64,000 nucleotides of DNA from a virus (taxonomy: Duplodnaviria; Caudoviricetes), in IMG/VR virus record IMGVR_UViG_2896115756_000003, positions 2,869 through 66,868 of that record. The stretch is one strand, 5' to 3'. The notes beneath the pieces are model-generated. The model did no database searches, was not told where the DNA came from, and was given only the letters and a program-made list of their open reading frames with translations. The translations under genes and the position numbers were made by a program. The first letter of the stretch is position 1. Each line of letters opens with the position of its first letter. Positions 47,851 through 57,881 of the stretch are shown here, in pieces.

Positions 47851-49539
47851 TTGACCGATGCCATCACCCAACTCGCCCAGCGCATCGCCGCGCTGGAGAC
47901 CGCCCTGCCCGAACTCTCCCGCTCTTCCAACCTGGCGCACAGCAGCATCGACGACGGTGCGCTGACCGTCATCTCCGACGGCACGGTGCGCGCCATCATC
48001 GGCCAGCAGTCCGACGGCACCACCGCCTTCAACGTCGTCAACGGACCCGTCCCGCCCACCCCCAGCGCCCCAACGGCGACTTCGATCCTCGGCGGTGTCC
48101 GTGTGACGTGGGACGGTCGCTTCACCGCCGGCCAGGTGTGCCCGCTCGACTTCGCCCGCATCGAAGTCCACGCCGCCCCTGCCGCCGACTTCGTGCCGTC
48201 CTCGCAGAGCCTGATCAGCACGATCGAGTCGCCGCGAGGCGGCAGCGCCACCATCCCCACCACCGTCCCGGTGCAGGTGGTGCTGGTGGCGCGCACCACC
48301 AGCGGGAAGGCATCCGCCACCTCCGGCACAGCCACGGCCGGCCCGGCGAAGGTGGTCGCCGACGAGGTGCTGCCCGGGATCATCGGCGAGCTGCAACTCG
48401 CCGACGACGCGGTCACCGCAGCGAAGGTGGCCACCGGCGCGATCGACGCCACAGCCATCGCCGACTTGGCCGTGACAGCCACCAAGCTCGGCCAGGCCGC
48501 CGTGATTGCAGGCAAGATCGCCGCCGACGCAGTCACCCCGGGCACCATCGCGGCCGGCGCCATCACTGCACGCGAGATCACCGCCGGCGCCGTCACCGCC
48601 ACCAAGCTCGCCGCCGGTGCCGTCACCGCAGCCGCCCTGAGCGCCGACGCCGTCAATGGGCGCACCATCACCGGCGCAACCATCCAAGGCGGCACCGTGA
48701 CTGGCAGTCAGGTCCGCACCGCCGCGACCGGCCGCCGCATCGAGATCACCCCCAGCGACCCGATCCGCGCCAGTCCCGGCGTCACCTTCTATAGCGGATC
48801 CGACACCGAACTCCAGCCCGGCCTGCTCTCCGCCACCAGCACCACAGGCACCATCACCACCCCCGCACTCACCCTCCAAGCCCCCAGTATCGACAAGAGC
48901 AGCAGCTGGCTCTACCCCAGCGACGCCGCCTCCCTGCGCCTCACCTCCCGCTCGGGCAACAACCGCTCCGACGGCACGTTCTCCCTCTCGGCCGCCGCGG
49001 GCATCAACGAGTTGGGCATCTGTACGGTTCGAGGCGTCGCACCCGGAGACCAAAGCCAGCCCGCCATGTTGACATTCGAGGTGCGCAACCCCGTTCCGAC
49101 GGGCACCTCCGACTACCGCAACACCATCATCGACATCACCGGGCGACAGATGAAGATCGCGTTCAACGCGGTCGGGATTGTCCTGGACGAGCACGGGCTG
49201 CGCTACGACGACACCGGGTGGCAGCCCCTCGCCTTCGCCAACGGCTGGACGAGTCTGCCCGGTTGGCGGGCAGTGGAGTACCGCCGCACACCCGACGGCA
49301 TGGCGCACCTGCGGGGTATCGGCAAGACCCCGGCCAGCTTCACCAGCGGGCGCATCGGAACCATCACCGACCCCAACTGCCGTCCTAAGGCCCCAGAAGT
49401 CATTCCTGTCGCCAACGACAACAGCTCCAAGTGCTGCATCTTCATCTACCCCGAGGGCGGAGTTGACCTGTCGAGCAACGCCGGTTGGCCCGGCAGCTGG
49501 GTGTCTTTCGGCTACAGCCGTTGGTCAGTTACCGGCTAG
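47851..49539 (+). CDS. Tail fibre / receptor-binding protein
   Basis: AVTAAKI-type decapeptide repeats (~48400-48700); C-terminal DTGWQPL..NGW...YRR. Confidence 0.75.
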   Translation: MTDAITQLAQRIAALETALPELSRSSNLAHSSIDDGALTVISDGTVRAIIGQQSDGTTAFNVVNGPVPPTPSAPTATSILGGVRVTWDGRFTAGQVCPLDFARIEVHAAPAADFVPSSQSLISTIESPRGGSATIPTTVPVQVVLVARTTSGKASATSGTATAGPAKVVADEVLPGIIGELQLADDAVTAAKVATGAIDATAIADLAVTATKLGQAAVIAGKIAADAVTPGTIAAGAITAREITAGAVTATKLAAGAVTAAALSADAVNGRTITGATIQGGTVTGSQVRTAATGRRIEITPSDPIRASPGVTFYSGSDTELQPGLLSATSTTGTITTPALTLQAPSIDKSSSWLYPSDAASLRLTSRSGNNRSDGTFSLSAAAGINELGICTVRGVAPGDQSQPAMLTFEVRNPVPTGTSDYRNTIIDITGRQMKIAFNAVGIVLDEHGLRYDDTGWQPLAFANGWTSLPGWRAVEYRRTPDGMAHLRGIGKTPASFTSGRIGTITDPNCRPKAPEVIPVANDNSSKCCIFIYPEGGVDLSSNAGWPGSWVSFGYSRWSVTG

Positions 49540-49557
49540 ATGAACAAAGAAATGCTC

Positions 49558-50502
49558 TTAAGAACTCTGCTTGTATCTCCGCACCACATCATCAAGCAAG
49601 GATCGTTGGGACTGTGCCACGGCGATCAACTCGCGATTGACTTTTTCTAGAGCATTTTGAGCAGTCCGTTCGTCCTCAGTTTCTCGCTTTTGAATCGCTT
49701 CGGAGTATTTATGCTCAAATTCCCGAAGATGAGAAACTATTTGCTCATGAGTTCGGACGATTGACGGATCGGGAGGAGGGTCAGTGCGCTTAAGCTCTCC
49801 GAGTAGTTCATGAAATCTCGAAGCAAACTCAATATATTCACGACTGGATTGCGGGTATGCGTTCTGGACTTCCTGGCTCACGCTATTCAGTAGCTTGGAG
49901 ACGCTCTCGTAATATCTGACTAGTGAATCCTTCTGTTGACTTTTCTCCTGCTCCGACTGCATTGCTTCCCTGAGGCCCAGGGCTCCGAATGCACCTATGG
50001 CTAGTAGTCCACCTATACGTTTCGCTCTTTTTGCCTTTTCGCCCAGATCGTGTTCTTGTGCCCATTGGCGGGCATTCTGAGTAAGGTGACGAGCATTCTT
50101 GTTAAATTGGAGTGACAGCTTCTTTTGTTCTGATTCGGGCGCCCCGGAAAGGTTCTTGCTGTCCTGGTCGGAGACGTTGCGAACTGCTGTTATAAGGGCG
50201 GAAAAGTCACCCTTCTGTGCATTTACAAATAGCCAGTCATCTGAGTGTGGAAGACTTGCGACAGGATCGCCGAAGTCCTCTGCTGGTGATACAGAGACAC
50301 CTAGTATCGGGCGATTGCTGGCGCGAGCTTTTTCGACCTTGGCCCAAGTGTCTACCAGTTTTGTCGGTTCGGGATCCCCAGACACCAACGCCACGAAGAC
50401 GTCGCCCTCCTCGGACACCAAGCTGTGGCCTACCTCAGCCAGCTCCATCCGTACACGCTCTGTGAGTTCAGGGGACTCTGTGGAAGCGATTGCGATCCTC
50501 AT
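49558..50502 (-). CDS. Lower-GC protein: TIR-like N-terminus, one TM helix, helical C-terminus
   Basis: DVFVALVS...W..VE.ARASNRPILGV resembles a TIR fold; IGGLLAIGAFGALGL hydrophobic segment. Confidence 0.55.
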   Translation of the reverse strand: MRIAIASTESPELTERVRMELAEVGHSLVSEEGDVFVALVSGDPEPTKLVDTWAKVEKARASNRPILGVSVSPAEDFGDPVASLPHSDDWLFVNAQKGDFSALITAVRNVSDQDSKNLSGAPESEQKKLSLQFNKNARHLTQNARQWAQEHDLGEKAKRAKRIGGLLAIGAFGALGLREAMQSEQEKSQQKDSLVRYYESVSKLLNSVSQEVQNAYPQSSREYIEFASRFHELLGELKRTDPPPDPSIVRTHEQIVSHLREFEHKYSEAIQKRETEDERTAQNALEKVNRELIAVAQSQRSLLDDVVRRYKQSS

Positions 50503-50687
50503 CAGCTACCCGCCCTTGTGTGCTGGCCTGTCACACTGCTACCAATCATTGCCGCGCTTATGAGGTTTTGCAACTGGCGGCTACATTAGGCTTGTTGCAC
50601 CCGAAATAGTTGCGGGGGCAACGAAAATGCCCTTCAATCGATATCGGACAGCTTGCGATCATGGGTGCACCCAGATAGATTCCAAGC

Positions 50688-51407
50688 ATGAAGGAAAGTG
50701 AGCGACTTTTGGTGATATTGCCTGCGGCAGATCGGTTTGTCCAAATGTCGGAAGGGGAGGCGCGTGCAGTGCTTTCCTATCTGGGGTTTGAGAACCCTCA
50801 GGATTCGCTATTTTGGGTATATTCCGAAGAGGTCAAAAAGGGCATCTGGCTACGATTCCTGAGAGATGCATCGGATGAAGCTATAAGTCGACTAAGGGAG
50901 TTTCTTGGCATCGAAATCGGGGCGACAGAAAGCACTCGAACGAAGGTGGACGATCGCGAGAAGTTGAGTGACCCGATCTTTGTAGTGCACGGCCATGATT
51001 CTGCACTTCTCTATGAAGTCCTACGACTCCTTGAGCGCACTACCCAGCGCGAAGTAGTCGTTTTGCGTGAACAGCTGGATCATGGAAGAACCGTCCTGGA
51101 GAAGCTTGAAGATCACACGACTGGAATTGCCTATGCTGTAGTGCTGCTCACGGGGGATGATTTGGGTCAAGTTAAGTCTGGCGGCGACCTGAGGCCACGG
51201 GCTCGTCAAAATGTAGTCTTTGAGCTTGGATATTTATTTGGGAAGCTGGGACGTAAGTACATCGCGGTAATTTACGAGGATGGCGTCGAATTGCCATCGG
51301 ACATTACTGGCCTGGTGTACATCTCTCGTGCGAGTCAATGGAAATTGCGCCTTGCGCATGAGGTTGGTGCATCAGGAATCGAGGTCGATTATCGCCAGAT
51401 TGTGTGA
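50688..51407 (+). CDS. Nucleotide-binding TIR-domain protein (CAP12/Pycsar-type TIR)
   Basis: IFVVHGHD, LEKLE, YAVVLLTGDD, RARQNVVFELGY and ELPSDI.G motifs. Confidence 0.88.
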   Translation: MKESERLLVILPAADRFVQMSEGEARAVLSYLGFENPQDSLFWVYSEEVKKGIWLRFLRDASDEAISRLREFLGIEIGATESTRTKVDDREKLSDPIFVVHGHDSALLYEVLRLLERTTQREVVVLREQLDHGRTVLEKLEDHTTGIAYAVVLLTGDDLGQVKSGGDLRPRARQNVVFELGYLFGKLGRKYIAVIYEDGVELPSDITGLVYISRASQWKLRLAHEVGASGIEVDYRQIV

Positions 51408-51787
51408 ATATTTCTGGTGCTCACGGGCGTACGGAGATGTGGGTTAGTCACGCGCCGGTTGAGCGATTTTGGCTTGCCGCGGCGCCGCAAGTTCGTATGT
51501 CGGGCAGTGTGCGGACTTGCCGCTCGCATCCGTACTATCGGTTTCTAGCCGATCTGGTCCCGCAGATGCTGGCGTGCGCTGGCGTCACGACTGCCCGATT
51601 TCGTGGCTCGAAGGCAACCCGAGCTCCAGCGCCGCCTCAGTGCTCTCACCCACGGCCAGCATTCCTCTTCCATGCTTCGGCCGCTGTCAGGGGAACAGCA
51701 ACTAACATATCCAGCCCAGTTCAATAGCGTACGACGGATCTGCCGTAGGATGGTGTCCGGCGCGGGGGCGCTGTCCTGGAGAGCACG

Positions 51788-52144
51788 ATGACCGCCCCCA
51801 CCTCTGAGCCCACCCTGTGGGAACTGCAGCGTGCGCTCTCCCAGATCCGCCAGGACCAGCGCGACGGTATGGTCCAGCTCCGCGACGACCTACGCGCTGA
51901 CATCGCCCTGCTGACTAACCGTCTGGAGCAGGTCGTCACCAAGGATGTCTACCAGGCGGACCAACGAGCCACCGCGCAGCGGATCGAGGTTCTGGAGCGG
52001 GACCTGCGCGCGGAGATCCAAGACCGCGAGGACGATCAGGCCAAGGCGGCAGCCGCCCGTCGGTGGCTCGTCGGCGCCTTCATCGCTCCGATCGCCGTCA
52101 CCGTCATGCAGATCTGGCTCATGTCCAAGGGGACCAGCCCGTAG
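51788..52144 (+). CDS. Coiled-coil protein with C-terminal TM helix (lysis-associated)
   Basis: Position before the endolysin; C-terminal hydrophobic helix. Confidence 0.6.
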   Translation: MTAPTSEPTLWELQRALSQIRQDQRDGMVQLRDDLRADIALLTNRLEQVVTKDVYQADQRATAQRIEVLERDLRAEIQDREDDQAKAAAARRWLVGAFIAPIAVTVMQIWLMSKGTSP

Positions 52145-52204
52145 TCGAGTTGGCGCTACCATCCACATCGAAGCAGGCGCGGGGGAGAAGCAGGACGCGC
52201 AGCT

Positions 52205-52996
52205 TTGCAGTTCGTCACCCGCGACCAGTGGGGCGCATGCCCTCCGAAGTCCGACTTCACCTGGATCGACGGCACCCGCGGTGTCAAGGTCCACTACGAG
52301 GGCACCCCGGTCCCCGCAGATCTCGCCGCGCCTGACCAGCACGGCCGCTGCGCTGGCCGGATGCGGGACCTCCAGGCGAGCCACCAGGCCAATACGGCCG
52401 AGGGGTACATCTGCGTCGCGTACAGCGCGGTCGTGTGCCCGCACGGCTTCGTCTTCGAGGGACGCGGCGTCCACCACCTCCAGGCAGCCAACGGTCCTGG
52501 GCTCAACTCGCAGCACTACAGCGTCTGCGCGATGCTCGGCGACTCCGGCCTGACGCAGCCCACCGACGCGCAGCTGAACGGCATCCGCGACGCCATCGAG
52601 TGGCTCCAGCGCGACGGCGGCGCCGGCTCCGAGATCAAGGGCCACCGCGACGGCTACGCCACCGACTGCCCGGGTGAGCCGCTGTACCGGTGGGTGCAGG
52701 CGGGAACGCCCCGCCCCGGCTCCTCCGCCCAGCCGACCCCGCAGCCCCAGCCTGCTCCGGGGCCGAACTGCCCGGCCTGGCCCGGCATCTACCTGCGCGA
52801 CTTCACCGCCGACGGCGCGGTGCGGGTCTGGCAGCAGCGCATGGCAGAGAGGGGCTGGCAGATCGCGGTGGACGGCCAGTACGGGCCCAAGTCGGCTCAG
52901 GTCTGCCTGAAGTTCCAGACCGAGAAGAACCTGCAGCGTGACGGCGTGGTCGGCCCCGAGACCTGGAACGCCACCTGGACATCCCCCATCACCTGA
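52205..52996 (+). CDS. Endolysin: N-acetylmuramoyl-L-alanine amidase plus peptidoglycan-binding domain
   Basis: VHY, VFEGRG, GHRD...TDCPG; DGQYGP...FQ...L.RDGVVGPETW. Confidence 0.92.
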   Translation: MQFVTRDQWGACPPKSDFTWIDGTRGVKVHYEGTPVPADLAAPDQHGRCAGRMRDLQASHQANTAEGYICVAYSAVVCPHGFVFEGRGVHHLQAANGPGLNSQHYSVCAMLGDSGLTQPTDAQLNGIRDAIEWLQRDGGAGSEIKGHRDGYATDCPGEPLYRWVQAGTPRPGSSAQPTPQPQPAPGPNCPAWPGIYLRDFTADGAVRVWQQRMAERGWQIAVDGQYGPKSAQVCLKFQTEKNLQRDGVVGPETWNATWTSPIT

Positions 52997-53009
52997 CCAA
53001 CTCCACTGA

Positions 53010-53273
53010 TTGGAAGCCTCCTTGAACATCTACCTCTCGCTCGTCCGCACCGGCATCCCCGCTCTGGTCGGCTGGCTGGTCGCCCTCGCGGCCGGCTATG
53101 GCCTGAACCTCGACCCCGCTGCACTGGCGGGCGTTCTGGCGCCGCTGGCTGGCTTTGCCTACTACGGCCTGTTCCGCATCGCCGAGGAGCACCTGAGCCC
53201 GCGCTTCGGCTGGCTGCTCGGCTATGCCCGGCCCCCGCATTACGCGGCGCAGATCGAGTCGGCTTCGAGCTGA
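53010..53273 (+). CDS. Holin-like protein
   Basis: Two TM helices after the endolysin; GWLLG motif. Confidence 0.7.
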   Translation: MEASLNIYLSLVRTGIPALVGWLVALAAGYGLNLDPAALAGVLAPLAGFAYYGLFRIAEEHLSPRFGWLLGYARPPHYAAQIESASS

Positions 53274-53290
53274 CCGTCTGCAGAACGCGG

Positions 53291-53319
53291 CGAGGCCCCC
53301 AACCGCGTTGGGGGCCTCG
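53291..53319 (+). terminator. Late-operon terminator hairpin
   Basis: cgaggcccccaa / ttgggggcctcg 12-bp stem. Confidence 0.7.
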
Positions 53320-53413
53320 ACCTCTTGGAGGACTTCAGGCTACCAGCCAATCCGCCTCGCACCGAAAGCACTGCCCGCGCATAGAATCAAGCTGTAACGT
53401 GAGCGAGTAGGGA

Positions 53414-54043
53414 ATGGCGGTGGGTGGCATGAAGCCGCTGCTGGCAGGCAAATCGGAGTTCGGCGCGATCTACGGCACGACGGCGGCGCGGGTTTCGGAG
53501 TGGGTCACCCGAGGAGTCCTGGACTACTCGTACGCCCGGGTGATCTCCGGCTCCCCCTACTGGCTGCTCGACTATGCCCGCAAGTTTGGCGAGCTGACCG
53601 CCAGGCCGAAAGCCGTCGACGAGGCCGCCCTGGAGGCTGTGGTCGCTTCACAGCAGCCGGCCGCGTGGATGGCGAACGTGGCCGACCTTCCGGTCATCGT
53701 GGGGCAGCAGGAGGTCATGGCGATCTTCGGGCTTGAGCACGGCACGCTGGTGGAGCAGGCGCAGCAGCGTGGCGTGTGGCCGGCGGGCGACTGGCATCTG
53801 TCGGGGTCACACCTGTGGCTGCTGTCCACGGCGCTCGAAGCGGCGGAGCTGGTCACGGCCGATCCGACTGCCCGACCGTGGGCGCCGCCGGGGGCGGAGC
53901 GCGTACGGCAGAAGCCGCTGTCGAGGATCTGGGCGGCGGACGACAAGGTTGTCGATGCGCTGCGCGCGGACACCTATGACGGGCCTGGCTCGCGGATCCT
54001 GCCCCGCGGGCGAGCGGCAAAGAAGTCGACCTCGGAGTCGTAG
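53414..54043 (+). CDS. Putative DNA-binding protein with two tandem wHTH-like units
   Basis: Internal repeat G..E...I.G......RG......SGS..WLL. Confidence 0.55.
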   Translation: MAVGGMKPLLAGKSEFGAIYGTTAARVSEWVTRGVLDYSYARVISGSPYWLLDYARKFGELTARPKAVDEAALEAVVASQQPAAWMANVADLPVIVGQQEVMAIFGLEHGTLVEQAQQRGVWPAGDWHLSGSHLWLLSTALEAAELVTADPTARPWAPPGAERVRQKPLSRIWAADDKVVDALRADTYDGPGSRILPRGRAAKKSTSES

Positions 54044-54276
54044 CGCATTGGACGCCGAGGCTGAATGCGTATAGAATTAAGCTAGAAGGGGGAGGGTCCC
54101 GCCGGTCTGGAGAGTCATGCGAATCGGCCGCGGTCGGGAATCGGGGGCCGACCATCCGCCCTTGGGTCCGTGGGTGGTCGGGTCGTCGTTCGCACCGCCT
54201 TGATCAATCCACTTCGTTCCTAAAAGATAGGTGGCAACTTAACGAGAGGTTGTCACCTTCTGAGGGGGGATTCGTC

Positions 54277-54627
54277 ATGCCCAGCCGCCAGCCGCGCCTT
54301 CCCGGCCTGGAGGACATCGAGCAGTTGGTCTACCCGGACCACACGCCAAGCGCCTCCATCCAGACGCGCTTCGAGGCGTTCCACGAACTGAACCCCTGGG
54401 TTCTGCGGGAGCTGGAGCGCCGAACCGCCGAGTGCGTCGAGGCCGGATGGCGCCGGATCGGCATCGGGATGCTCTTCGAGCTCCTGCGCTTCCGCTACGG
54501 CCAGGCGACCAGGGGCGATGAGTTCCGGCTCAACAACAACTGGCGCTCCCGCTACGTCCGGCTGCTCCTCGAGCGCCATCCCGATTGGGAGCCCCTGTTC
54601 GAAGTCCGCGCCCTGCGCGCGGTCTGA
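54277..54627 (+). CDS. Conserved-looking phage hypothetical protein
   Basis: FEAFHELNP...LNNNWRSRY.R...LFEVR. Confidence 0.65.
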   Translation: MPSRQPRLPGLEDIEQLVYPDHTPSASIQTRFEAFHELNPWVLRELERRTAECVEAGWRRIGIGMLFELLRFRYGQATRGDEFRLNNNWRSRYVRLLLERHPDWEPLFEVRALRAV

Positions 54628-54658
54628 CCCACCGACACGACCTCTTGGAGAGAGAACC

Positions 54659-55728
54659 GTGCCACCCGAGATCAAAAGCAGGAAGCCCAGCGGCCAAGTG
54701 CCCTTCCCCCTCGTCCTGATCGAGGGTGAGGAGGGCGCCGGAAAGACCTACAGCGCCGCCCAGTTCAGCTCCTCCGAGCTCATCGGCCAGATGTACTGGA
54801 TCGACCTGGATGAGGGGTCGGCCGACGAGTATGCGGCCATCCCCGGCGCCAACTACCTGATCATCGAGCACGACGGCACATACCGGGACATCTTCGAACA
54901 GATCCAGGCCGTCTACTACGAGGCCGCGAAGCCGCGTCCAAGCGCAAGCCGCCGGTGGTCCTGACGATCGACTCGGTCAGCGCGCTGTGGCGGATGCTCA
55001 CCAACTGGACCCAGGAGCGAGCCCGGCGCACGAAGAAGAACAGCCAGGCGCTGGCCACCGATCCCGACGCGGCAGTGGACGTCGCGATGAACCTTTGGAA
55101 CGACGCCGTGGACCGGTGGTCGGCCGTCATGTACTACCTGCGGACCTTCCCCGGCATCGTGATCGTCCTCGCGCGCGGCAAGCAGGTCAGCTCGGTGGAC
55201 GACAACGGCAACCCGATCAGCGGCCGTAAGGAGTGGAAGGTCGTCGGGCACAAGGACCTCGGCTTCGATTGCAACGTGTGGGTGCGGATGCGCCGCGGCC
55301 AGGAGACCGAGGTCGTCAAGGTCCGCTCGCTGCGCATGGCCGTCAACCCGCGCAGGCCCCTCCAGATCCCGGACTTCAGCATCGAAGACCTGGTGTTCAA
55401 CCGGATGGGCTGCTCCGTGGAGTCCCAGCCGCGCGTCATGCCGGAGTTGGCAGGCGACCGCACCAAGCCGTGGCTCGCCAAGGTCGAAGCGGCCAAGGAC
55501 AAGGACACGCTCGCCGAGCTGTGGCGCGAGCTGCACCCGGACAAGTCCGGCCTCACCGACCAGGAGGCTGGCACCGTCGCGGCCGCCATCAGGCGCCGCG
55601 TCAGCAAGCTTGCCGAGCCGCACCGTGAACTCGACGACCAGCCCCCCAGCGACGCCGAGAAGCTGCGGGCCGCAGCCCAGCGCGAAGCAGACGCGGAATT
55701 CGCAGGCGACGAACCCGCCGACAGCTGA
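54659..55728 (+). CDS. AAA/RecA-like ATPase (Sak4-type recombinase-like), split by a frameshift near 54931
   Basis: GEEGAGKT Walker A in one frame, LTIDSVS Walker B in the next. Confidence 0.75.
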
Positions 55729-55787
55729 CGCCCGGCCCGGCCGCTCCAGACGGCCGGGCGCACCATGACCTCTTGGAGAAGAGACCC

Positions 55788-56918
55788 ATGACCCTTTCGC
55801 CTGCCCGCTTGTCGCCGTCGATCTGGACGGCCGCCGACCAGGCCGACGCCCGCCGGCCGCGATCCCGGCAGACACAGCTCGGCGCCAGCGACACCGTCTG
55901 CGAGCGCCGCGCCGCCTACATCCTCCACGGACACCCGCGCACCGACCACGTCGTGAGCCCGGCCGCGATCCTCGGCACCTACATCCACGCCGGCCTGACT
56001 GCCGACGCGAAGCAGGAGTTCGGCTGGCTCGTCGAGCGCAAGGTCGCCGACACCGCCGTGCGCGGCAGCGTCGACATCGTCCAGCTCGACGACGCCACCG
56101 CCCGCAAGTTGCCCACGCGGCTGCGCCCGAAGGCGCCCGCTGAGGCCGTCACCGTCGAGGACATCAAGACGAAGACCGTCTGGAAGTGGGACGACGTGCT
56201 GCGCTACGGCGCCACTGAGGCCGAGCTGCGCCAGGTCCACCTGTACGCGGACCTGATTCGCACCGACGGGTTCGAAGACCGCTCGGGGCAGCGGGTCCTG
56301 GCTCGCCTCGGGCCAGTCGATGTCCGCCAGATCCGCCTGCGCTTCATCTGCCGAGACAACGGCGCCGAGCACGTCCAGGAGATCGACTTCGACCCGCAGC
56401 GAGCCGAGGAGGCCCGCTGGTGGCTCGACCGCGTGGCCGAGACCGCAAGCCCCGAGGAAGCCCGGCGGGACTTCAACGGTCCCGGCCTCGATGCGGCCTG
56501 CGACTTCTGTCCGTTCGTCACCGCATGCTGGGGCGTTCCCGCTCCCGGCCGACCCGCGCAGACCACCTTGATCCACAACGACATGGACGTGGAGCAGGCG
56601 CTGATCGACTACTCCGAGGCGCACCAGCTGTTCGTGCGCGGCAAGCGCGTCAAGGACCTCGTCCGCAAGATGGTCGATGCCTCGCCAGAGGGCCGCTATG
56701 GTCCCAACATCCTCAAGTGGGGCGGTGGAAGCCCGGTCGAGGAACCGGACCTGGCGAAGATGATCGAGCAGTTCGATGACGCCGAACTGACCGTGCCCCA
56801 GATGCCTGATGCAGCCAAGATGGTGAAGATCCTCACGGCGGCAGGCCTGGCTGTGCCGATGCGCGAGACCAGCCGCCGAACCGCCCGCACCATCCGCATC
56901 GTGCCCTACCGCGAGTGA
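55788..56918 (+). CDS. PD-(D/E)XK exonuclease (RecB/Cas4-like)
   Basis: CERRA, GTYIH, GSVD, DIKT, Q.HLY and CDFCPF...C motifs. Confidence 0.85.
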   Translation: MTLSPARLSPSIWTAADQADARRPRSRQTQLGASDTVCERRAAYILHGHPRTDHVVSPAAILGTYIHAGLTADAKQEFGWLVERKVADTAVRGSVDIVQLDDATARKLPTRLRPKAPAEAVTVEDIKTKTVWKWDDVLRYGATEAELRQVHLYADLIRTDGFEDRSGQRVLARLGPVDVRQIRLRFICRDNGAEHVQEIDFDPQRAEEARWWLDRVAETASPEEARRDFNGPGLDAACDFCPFVTACWGVPAPGRPAQTTLIHNDMDVEQALIDYSEAHQLFVRGKRVKDLVRKMVDASPEGRYGPNILKWGGGSPVEEPDLAKMIEQFDDAELTVPQMPDAAKMVKILTAAGLAVPMRETSRRTARTIRIVPYRE

Positions 56919-56967
56919 TCCCGCCTCGCGCCGAGGAAGAGCACGTTCGCATCGCTGAGGGGACCCG

Positions 56968-57881
56968 TTGAGCATCCACCTGATGATCGTCGCCGCGTAT
57001 CTGCCGGAGGACGTCGTCACCGCGACCCAGAAGCTGGCGCTGATGAAGATCTGCGACAGCGCCGACGACGAGTCGCGGTTGTCGCGGCCCGGCATGGTCC
57101 GCCTGCGCGCCTGGACCGGCGTCGGTCGTACTCGGGCCACCACGATCGTCACCGAGTTGGTGGAGAAGGGGCTGGTGGAGCGGGTGGAGATCGGGAGGCC
57201 TGGCCGTGCCGCGCTGTTCCGGGTGTTTCCTCTGGGCCTTCCAGGTATTCCGACCACGGAGGAGCTGAAGGCGCGCCAGGCAGCTCTGGACGCCGCGCCG
57301 AAGAACGCCGCCAAGGCACGCAAGGGGGTCAAGCGGGCGGCTCCGTCCGCGCCGGCGCGCACCTTCGCGGACGTCGAGGCTCGCAAGGCAGTGCGCGGCG
57401 TGGGCCCCGAAGCTGGTGGGTTCCACCTGGGGAACCCACCAGGTGGCGAGGAGGATGTTCCACCGGTGGAACCCAGCGAGTTCCACACGGGGAACCCAGC
57501 GAGTTCCACCGGTGGAACCCCTTCCTTTCCTGGTTCTTCCTCAGTCCTTCCTTTCCCCCTACCCCCGCGGCTGACGCCGCAGGGGAGTGCGGTGCCGCAC
57601 CCGACGACCCGTCATCTGCTGCTGTGCAGCGTTGCCCCAGCCACCCCACTCCTGCGAAGAGTTGCCGTGCGTGTGGAACCAGCCCGAGGGCCCGCAGGAA
57701 GCAGCAGCAGGACGCCGAGAAGGAGGCTTCACGGGCCCGTGAAGGGCAGTTCTGGACCGACTGGCACGCGGAGTCCGGCGAGCGCCGAGAGAAGGCGCAG
57801 CAGGGCGCGCAGACAGTTCGCGCCGCGCAGCGGGCGGCCCGGCAGGCGATCCAGAGCGCCAGGCAGAGCACCGGAAGATAG
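56968..57881 (+). CDS. Replication initiator-like wHTH protein, frameshifted near 57563
   Basis: N-terminal wHTH (KLALMKICDSADD..R..RPG); internal iteron-like repeats; C-terminal CPSH...CRAC in the shifted frame. Confidence 0.65.
57420..57520. repeat. Four 18-bp iteron-like repeats GTTCCACNNGKGGAACCC
   Basis: Copies at 57420, 57457, 57480 and 57503. Confidence 0.85.

Noticed and set aside
55788-56918. CRISPR-associated cas4
   Set aside because: No other cas genes or array; context is a phage recombination module
57420-57520. Mini CRISPR array
   Set aside because: Repeats are 18 bp with 5-19 bp spacers, two of them identical, and lie inside a CDS; better explained as iterons
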